DNA of 64,000 nt from Candidatus Bathyarchaeota archaeon (GTDB taxonomy: Archaea > Thermoproteota > Bathyarchaeia > Bathyarchaeales > Bathycorpusculaceae), in contig CAVYXJ010000005.1 in NCBI GenBank assembly GCA_963772455.1, forward strand, positions 64,001-128,000, given 5' to 3'. The notes beneath the pieces were generated by a model. It worked only from the letters and a program-made list of their open reading frames with translations, was not told where the DNA came from and ran no database searches. Position numbers and translations under genes: made by a program. Shown here piece by piece: positions 28,717 to 35,900 of this stretch. Numbering within the stretch: position 1 is the first letter of the stretch; every line of letters starts with the position of its first letter.

Positions 28717-29298
28717 ATGAAAATTGCTATTATTGGAAAAGGCAATGTTGGAACAGCACTTCATAACGGCTTAAATAAAGCGGGATACGAAACAAAATTT
28801 GGACATCGAGACCCTGCAGAGCCAGTCGCAGAAGCTGCCAAATGGGGAGATGTAATAATCCTCGCGGTGCCCCATGAAAACGCAGACAATGCCAGAGAGG
28901 CAATAAAGCAATTTGCAGACGGAAAAATCGTTATAGACGTTATGAACGCTATTGGACCAAACATGAATTTAGGAATCGAATGCACAACTTCCTCTGCAGA
29001 GCAAACACAGAAAACACTTCCTAAAGCAAAAGTAGTAAAAGCGTTTAACACAGTGTTTGCTCAAAACCAGAGTACAGGCAAAGTTTTAGGTGAACAATTA
29101 ACTGCTTTCATAGCCGGAGACGACCCAAAAGCTAAACAAACCGTAGCAAAATTAACAAAAGATATCGGTTTTGACCCAATTGATTGTGGACCACTAATTT
29201 CAGCTAGGTATCTTGAAGCTATGGCAATAATGATAATCAACTTAGCGTACAATTATGGGATGGGCAACAAAATAGGTTACAAATTGGTAAAAGCCTAA
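28717..29298 (+). CDS. NADP oxidoreductase, F420-dependent family (NpdG/Fno-like)
   Basis: IIGKGNVG, LAVP, VVKAFNT, AGDD and D.GPL..ARYLE motifs. Confidence 0.85.
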   Translation: MKIAIIGKGNVGTALHNGLNKAGYETKFGHRDPAEPVAEAAKWGDVIILAVPHENADNAREAIKQFADGKIVIDVMNAIGPNMNLGIECTTSSAEQTQKTLPKAKVVKAFNTVFAQNQSTGKVLGEQLTAFIAGDDPKAKQTVAKLTKDIGFDPIDCGPLISARYLEAMAIMIINLAYNYGMGNKIGYKLVKA

Positions 29299-29590
29299 CC
29301 GTCAATTCTCACTATACAAAGCAAAAAACTTAATTGGAAAAATCAGCCCAAATCCAACTCAGAGAAGTTGTTGTTGCAACTCACTCGCAGCGCATAGTGA
29401 CAACAACAATCAAAGACAACCCTTCTAAAACCCAAAACAAAAATCATTTTGTCAAATAAAAACAACGAATTGCAAATCTACTCAACATAAAAAAATTAAG
29501 CCTCATCCATTCTTACGTTTTATTAACCATAAAGTTTAAGGGTAAATGTTTGTTTTAGGTTGCGAGTATTCTACCTTTGAGGTTTGTGGT

Positions 29591-30142
29591 TTGAGCACTA
29601 AAGTTGAAACAATCGAAGAAAGAAAAGCAGAAGTTCTAATTAAATTAAGAAAATACAAGCTTGTTGAAAAAGAAAAGTTTGAAGGCGCATACGCTTACAT
29701 CATTGATATTCCGCAAGACAAGGAAAGAGCAATAGTCTGGTGCATCTTAGGCGAAGCCACAGTCGGAATCGCAGCTATGAATACTCTCTACAAAATAATG
29801 AAGGAAAAAGACCTTGATCGAGCTATCGTAGTCACCGAAGGACGATACACTCACGCAGTTAAACTAGGAGCAAAAAAGAAAAAGGTAGAGTTATTACCCA
29901 AATCTTTCCCAGTATTCGACATATTTGAGCACGCATTAGTTCCTTTCCATGAAATCCTTACAGAAAAAGAAAAGAACCAGTTGCTCGCACAATTCAAAGT
30001 TAAACCATACCAGATGCCGCAAGTCAAATCAGGCGATCCAGCGGTTAAGGCAATAGGTGCAAAACCAGGGGATATACTAAAAATTACCCGAAAAAGTGTA
30101 ACTGCCGGCGAACACATAACATACAGATATGTTGTAGAATAA
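29591..30142 (+). CDS. rpo5: DNA-directed RNA polymerase subunit Rpo5/RpoH with an extra N-terminal RPB5-jaw-like domain
   Basis: C-terminal HALVPFHEIL...MPQVKSGDPAVKAIGAKPGDILKITRKSVTAGEHITYRYVV is the RpoH/RPB5 domain, preceded by ~105 extra aa. Likely TTG start at 29591 after GAGGT. Confidence 0.93.
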   Translation: MSTKVETIEERKAEVLIKLRKYKLVEKEKFEGAYAYIIDIPQDKERAIVWCILGEATVGIAAMNTLYKIMKEKDLDRAIVVTEGRYTHAVKLGAKKKKVELLPKSFPVFDIFEHALVPFHEILTEKEKNQLLAQFKVKPYQMPQVKSGDPAVKAIGAKPGDILKITRKSVTAGEHITYRYVVE

Positions 30143-30153
30143 AATAAAAAAAA

Positions 30154-30711
30154 TTATTTTGCAATCATAATTTCTGTAGATTTCACGATTGCAGTTACTT
30201 CGTCACCCACTTTTAAATCCAATTCATCAACTGCCTCTTTTGTAATTACTGCGGTGACTGTTACGGGCATTTTTATTTCAACTTTAACCTTAGCTGTTAT
30301 AACGCCTTTTTCAACAGCAAGAACTTTTCCTTTAAATTGATTGCGTGCACTTAACTTCAAATTTTTCACCTCCAAACAACGTGGATTAGATAAAACTTTA
30401 TCTAAGTAAATCTCCGCTTGCTTATATTCACCAAGCAAACTTTTACCTAAATCAGTTAGCTTAGCACCGCCTCCACCTGATTTTCCGCCCTTATACGTTT
30501 CAACTATATTTTCTTCCATGGCTTTCTGGATTTCTTGAATATAATTCCAAACGTACCGATAAGACATCCCAAGTTTTTCTGCAGCTTTAGAAATCGAGTT
30601 TTCTGTATTGATGCTTTCAAGAATTTCAGCTCCGCCTTTGCCTATTAGAGGTTTTCCTTTGTATTCAATCCAGGCTTTGCAGGAGAGCGTGTGCTTTTTG
30701 TTGCTAAGCAT
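30154..30711 (-). CDS. modE: ModE-family regulator (wHTH + TOBE/Mop domain)
   Basis: SISKAAEKLGMSYRYVW, GGKSGGGAKLT and LSARNQFKG...TAVIT...IVKS motifs. Confidence 0.88.
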   Translation of the reverse strand: MLSNKKHTLSCKAWIEYKGKPLIGKGGAEILESINTENSISKAAEKLGMSYRYVWNYIQEIQKAMEENIVETYKGGKSGGGGAKLTDLGKSLLGEYKQAEIYLDKVLSNPRCLEVKNLKLSARNQFKGKVLAVEKGVITAKVKVEIKMPVTVTAVITKEAVDELDLKVGDEVTAIVKSTEIMIAK

Positions 30712-30768
30712 TCTGATAGGTTATTATCTAAAGCAGATATAAATCTAATTACCACCGAAACAAACATT

Positions 30769-30987
30769 TTAGACCTTGTGGTCTTGCATTAACTCATTCA
30801 GTATTACGAATGCTTCGCCAAGAGGCATTCCCAACAGCTCGGAAAGCTCAATTGCTGAAATATCGGCTTTTTGTGGAAGTATGCAGTCGCGGGTATAAGC
30901 CTTATGAGTTGGATACATAACGGAAGCGTGGACTGCTTCAACAAGTAACTGCAAGAGTTTTTCTTTAGAATAATCTTCCAAATTCAA
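30769..30987 (-). CDS. small hypothetical protein (possible HTH)
   Basis: 72 aa ORF with GGTGA SD-like motif upstream; ISAIELSELLGMPLGEA helix pattern. Confidence 0.55.
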   Translation of the reverse strand: MNLEDYSKEKLLQLLVEAVHASVMYPTHKAYTRDCILPQKADISAIELSELLGMPLGEAFVILNELMQDHKV

Positions 30988-31201
30988 TAGACATCACCAT
31001 TGGATACACCTTTAGGGGTTATTAGTCTACCGCCAAATTCGCCATCTACTAATTATTCAGTTATGAACATGTAGCCTTAATAAAATACAATCGTGTTTTT
31101 CATTAGACACGGGCATTTTATCCATCGCAGATCAAACAGGGAGGCTACAACAAACTTAATACCCGTCAGAGGCTTTCTAAATTATTAGAGGTTGACTCTT
31201 T

Positions 31202-32170
31202 TTGAAGGCTGCCATTTATCATGGACCACATAACATCAAAATCGAAGACGTACCTGAACCCGAAGTTAAAGGCAGAAAGGTGTTGGTGAATTTTAAGGCT
31301 GGAAGCATCTGTGGAACCGACATGCACTTTTACAGGGGCGAATGGGCATTAAAGAGAGGTAGAATCCTTGGACATGACGCTTGCGGAGTAAAAGCGGATA
31401 CCGGCGAACGAGTCGTTATGGTTCCAATTGTGAATTGCGGACACTGCCACTTCTGTCTTCGAGGTTTCCCAAGTCTGTGTGTTCGAGCTAAACTCTATGG
31501 TTTGACAAGAGATGGATTTTTCGTTGAATCCAAAGCCATGCTCCCTCGAAGCCTTATTCCAATCCCCTCCAATGTCAGCGATGAAGAAGCAGCTATTGTT
31601 GAGCCAGTTGCTTTGGCAGTCCGAGTAATAAATAATTTTAAACCAAATTTAGGTGATTGGGTAACCGTGGTTGGGCAGGGACCAATAGGTTTGCTAATGA
31701 CTCAGGTTGCGCTGCTTAAAGGCTGCAGAGTTATAGCAGTGGATTTAGAAGATTACAGACTTGAATTCTCGGAAAAATACGGTGCCGACGCGATCATAAA
31801 TCCCAAAAAAGAAGATATGATAAAAGCAGTCCGTAAATTAACCAAAATAGGTTCTGACTTTGTGATTGAAGCTGCAGGAACTACGCACACAGTTGAACAA
31901 ACGCCGTTTTTGGTGCGGAAAGCAGGCAAAGTTGCGTTAGTAGGAGAGTCTGATGGTTATTTGAATTTAGGAGAAGCCGACGAAGCTAACTTTTTTACAA
32001 TTTACCTTTCACCAGTTGAATATCCTTCGGCCATTGAATTAATAGCCCGGAAAATGGTAGATGTAAAAGGACTCATCTCTCACAAATTCAAAATAGGTGA
32101 GTTTGAGAAGGCACTGCAAACAATTGATGACCCGACAGAAAAGACCTTAAAAGTAATCATAACACAATAA
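31202..32170 (+). CDS. zinc-dependent alcohol dehydrogenase (MDR, sorbitol/threonine DH-like)
   Basis: ICGTD, GHD, structural Zn site CGHCHFC...C and GQGPIG. Confidence 0.9.
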   Translation: MKAAIYHGPHNIKIEDVPEPEVKGRKVLVNFKAGSICGTDMHFYRGEWALKRGRILGHDACGVKADTGERVVMVPIVNCGHCHFCLRGFPSLCVRAKLYGLTRDGFFVESKAMLPRSLIPIPSNVSDEEAAIVEPVALAVRVINNFKPNLGDWVTVVGQGPIGLLMTQVALLKGCRVIAVDLEDYRLEFSEKYGADAIINPKKEDMIKAVRKLTKIGSDFVIEAAGTTHTVEQTPFLVRKAGKVALVGESDGYLNLGEADEANFFTIYLSPVEYPSAIELIARKMVDVKGLISHKFKIGEFEKALQTIDDPTEKTLKVIITQ

Positions 32171-32214
32171 AGCCACAGCCATAGTTCACCGTAAAGTATA
32201 TTTTTGTTAGAGAA

Positions 32215-32934
32215 GTGTTAACCCCAACTCTACGGAAAAAGGAGATAACAGTTTTGACTATAGAAGCAGTAATATTCGACTTAGACGGAACTCTGGCCCA
32301 CTTCAACCTTGACTACAAAGCTTTGCGTTCCGAAGTCAGAACATACTTGATTAGTATACATATTCCGGTTTCAGTTCTGGACGTCAACGAGAACATCTTT
32401 GAAATGTTAAAAAAAGCAGAGATTTTCATCAAAAATAGCACAAAATCATCTGAAGCATTTGAGGAAGTTCGCACCCATGCTTTTTCAATCGCTCAAAGAT
32501 ATGAAATGGAAGCAGCAACAACAACTAGCCTGTTAACAGGTGCAGTTGAAACGCTTAAACAACTGCAAAATATGAATTTGACAATGGGTATATGCACCAC
32601 TAGCGGCGAGAAAGCTGCAAACTATATTCTTCAGCGCTTCAAAATTGACGGTTTCTTCAAGGTTATTATTTCACGGGACAAAGTGAAATTTGTTAAGCCT
32701 CACACTGAACAAGTTGAATTAGCTCTTAAAAAATTAGGAGTTCATGCCAAAAACACTTTGATAGTTGGGGACAGCGTTGTTGATATGCAGAGTGCTAGAG
32801 ACTTAAAAGCCATTGCAGTTGGATTAAGATCAGGCTTATCCACAAAGGAGCAGTTGATGAACAATGGAGCAAATAAAATAATAACATCACTAAATGACTT
32901 GCCAGTTTTAATAAAAGAAATAAATAAGGATTAA
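32215..32934 (+). CDS. HAD-superfamily hydrolase (phosphoglycolate phosphatase-like)
   Basis: FDLDGTL, KP and VGDSVVD motifs. Confidence 0.9.
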   Translation: MLTPTLRKKEITVLTIEAVIFDLDGTLAHFNLDYKALRSEVRTYLISIHIPVSVLDVNENIFEMLKKAEIFIKNSTKSSEAFEEVRTHAFSIAQRYEMEAATTTSLLTGAVETLKQLQNMNLTMGICTTSGEKAANYILQRFKIDGFFKVIISRDKVKFVKPHTEQVELALKKLGVHAKNTLIVGDSVVDMQSARDLKAIAVGLRSGLSTKEQLMNNGANKIITSLNDLPVLIKEINKD

Positions 32935-35900
32935 GTGGCGGTTATTACGCCGTCATCTTTGCGGATGAGTTTTCTTTCCCTGACCAATCTCTTAAGCACT
33001 TCTGAGAACACTGATTTGGCTGGTTCACCTAAATGATTAATTCCAAATACTTTTCCAGTTTCAGCAATCAATGAATCATCACTTATACCTAAAGAATATT
33101 GGGCAATCAAAATCATAGCTGACTCAACTTCTTCAGGTGCAATGTACTCAGGTCTACGCTTGGATTCTGGGACACCCTGCATTGGAACACGAATCGATGT
33201 TACTTTAAGCCCAATTGGCCAAAGAAAGCTACCTTTGATAACTACTTTCTGTTCTCGAATGAGATTGTTTAAGGATTCTTTGACTGCATGAGCGATTTTT
33301 GGTGTCACTTGTTTTATTCCCCATGCAGTTGCTAACCGCTCAACCGCGTAATCAAAGTGGACTGGCCCTTCATTTTGTATTAGATCAGAGAGAAGTTTGG
33401 TTTGGTTTTCACGATTTTCCGGGAAGTGAAACTCGTTTCTTTGTTTTGAGTCTATTGTAGCTTTGGCTGTGACTAATTTTATGTATGGATTGTAGGTGGC
33501 TTTTAGGGGATAGACTTTGTATGATATGCCAATTTTTTCTATCCCTGCAAAAGTGTTTTTTTGAATATCTGTTTTGGGAACAGAGTTTTCTTTTATGTCG
33601 ATTATTGGTTTTTGAGCGTCATTGTCAATTTGATTTTTTTGCGCTTGTTCCAGAGTTTCTTTTAGTCGTCTGATTTCTGAGTCACGCCTGGCAACCCATG
33701 CAGGTGACCAAATACGATGTATACGCCAACCCAGTTTCCTCAATACCTGATCACGAAGTCTATCGCGGTCTCGCGCGCTGCTGCTTGATTTGTAGGTTAT
33801 TCCGTCGCATTCTACACCAAGAAGGAAACAGCCTTCGTTTACTGGGTCCACTACACCCATATCAATTCGATAACCGCTGCAGCCTACCTCAGGAACAACT
33901 TGGTAACCCATCTTTTTAATTTCAGCTGCAACATCTTCATCTAGAGCTGAATCAAAAGTGCCCTCTTTAGCTTTATTTGATAAGGGCTCTGGTCCATGTT
34001 CGGCATAATCGAGATAACCACGTAAAGTTTGCAGACCTAGTGCTTTGGCGTCTTTGTCTATGTCAGAAGATCTGATTGAAGTAATCAATACTACTTTTTC
34101 TCGAGCACGTGTAACCGCGACATTTAATCGCCTCTCACCTCCTGGCTTGTTTAATGGTCCAAAATTCATAGCCATTTGACCTTGCTGATCAAAGCCGTAG
34201 CCAACACTGAAAAATATTACATCGCGCTCGTCTCCTTGCACGTTCTCTAAGTTCTTGACAAAGAAACCTTCCAATCGATCTTCTTTGAAAAAAGGCTCAA
34301 AAGCCGGTTCTTCTTTGAGTCTACTATCAATGGCTTCTGCAACGGCATCCATTTGAGCAATGCTAAAGGTAACTACACCAAGAGTTTTCTTTGGGAAGTT
34401 CTTGAAATGCTCAAAAACTAGATCCGCAACTCTTTCAGCTTCTTTTTGGTTGTTTCGTTGACCTCCACGGTCATAGATTCCGTCTTGTACATAGAATAGT
34501 TTTACACCCAAATTGTCAGTTTGATTCACGGCAGCGGGGAATGTAATCATAGTGTCGTCATAGAAGCGATGATTTGAAAACGCTATTAGATCTTCATGCT
34601 TGCTTCGGTAATGCCATCTTAATGTCTTAACTGGTAATCCAATGCCTAAACACTCATCAAGAATACTATCGAAAACTTCTACATCATCGTCACTGAGTTC
34701 GTCCCAATCCACATTATCGATTAAATTCTTTTGGAAGAACGAAGTTGGTGGAAGTTGTTTATTGTCACCTGCAACTACGAGTGTTTTTCCACGGTATATG
34801 GCGCCGATTGCATCTTCGGGAACTAATTGCGAGGCTTCATCGAAGAGAACTAAATCAAACTTTGTATCGGGTGGCATGAACTGGCTAACGGAAATTGGGC
34901 TCATCAATAAGCATGGCTTTAGTTTTACGAGTAGATTTGGAATTTTTTGCATTAAAGTACGAATAGGCATTAACCGTCTCTTCTTCGCTGCTTCTTTTAG
35001 AAGGATGTTTGCCTCCGTGTCTGCTGCTTGGATTAGAATATCTTTAGGTTTTCTGCTATTAGCCGCTTCAATAACCATACTGGATGTAAGGTAAATGAGG
35101 TCTTGGTCAAGTTTGCGGAAGTCATCAATTAACTGTTCATGGTTCTCTCTTCGAAACCGACCTAGTGTTTGGTCTTCGTTGTAAAGGCTGTTTATCCATT
35201 CTTGATAAACGCTTTTTCGGAAAACGCTTCCTAAATCTGCCGCAGAAATTTTCTGTTCAATTAAGTGGTTAAAAAACAAGTCTAGACTTCGCAATGAGAA
35301 ACGGTTTTTAGCATCTTTGAAATCGATCCAAACTTGAACATCATCGACACGCTCGCGCAATGACTGGACTCGTTCAATTATAACTTTGATATCTAAATCT
35401 CTCAGCAATTGGTTTTGATACTTAATTTCTTTTTCAAATCGTTTTTCAAAATCCGCTAGCACTTTCAGTGATGAATCTTTTCTTTGAATTAATTCCGTAT
35501 TAGATGGAGCTGCGGTTGGTCCTCTAGCTGCAATGTCTGCGAAAGCTTGTGGCACGGGTATATCGGCAAATAATGTTTGCACATTTTTACTCCATTCAAG
35601 CACATCCACTATGCCTTGCCAGTTGGTTTGTAACTCTTGGAAACGGCTACCAAATTTTTCTTGAAGCTGGATTTTTTCGCCTATAATTTGTGCTTCTTTC
35701 TTTCTTATTTCTTCAGCATTTTTAAGATCATCGAGAAGCATTTTGTAGGTTTGAGGTTCACGTTTGCATGTTGTTAATGTCTGGCTTGTGAGATTATTTA
35801 ATGGATTTAGTTGTTTTTCTGTTTCACTAGCCCACTCCTTAACAATCGTTATGGGAGTCTGAGATATTGAAACATCTGACTTAGGCATCTTTGACGGAAT

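Noticed and set aside
31000-31060. Fluoride-riboswitch-like words on the minus strand (GATGG...CTAATAACCCCTA)
   Set aside because: The 5' GGGGTT pseudoknot partner and P1 stem are missing, and the downstream gene is not fluoride related.
34642-35094. 150-aa antisense ORF within the helicase gene, and the other antisense ORFs in the track
   Set aside because: Shadow ORFs opposite well-supported genes.
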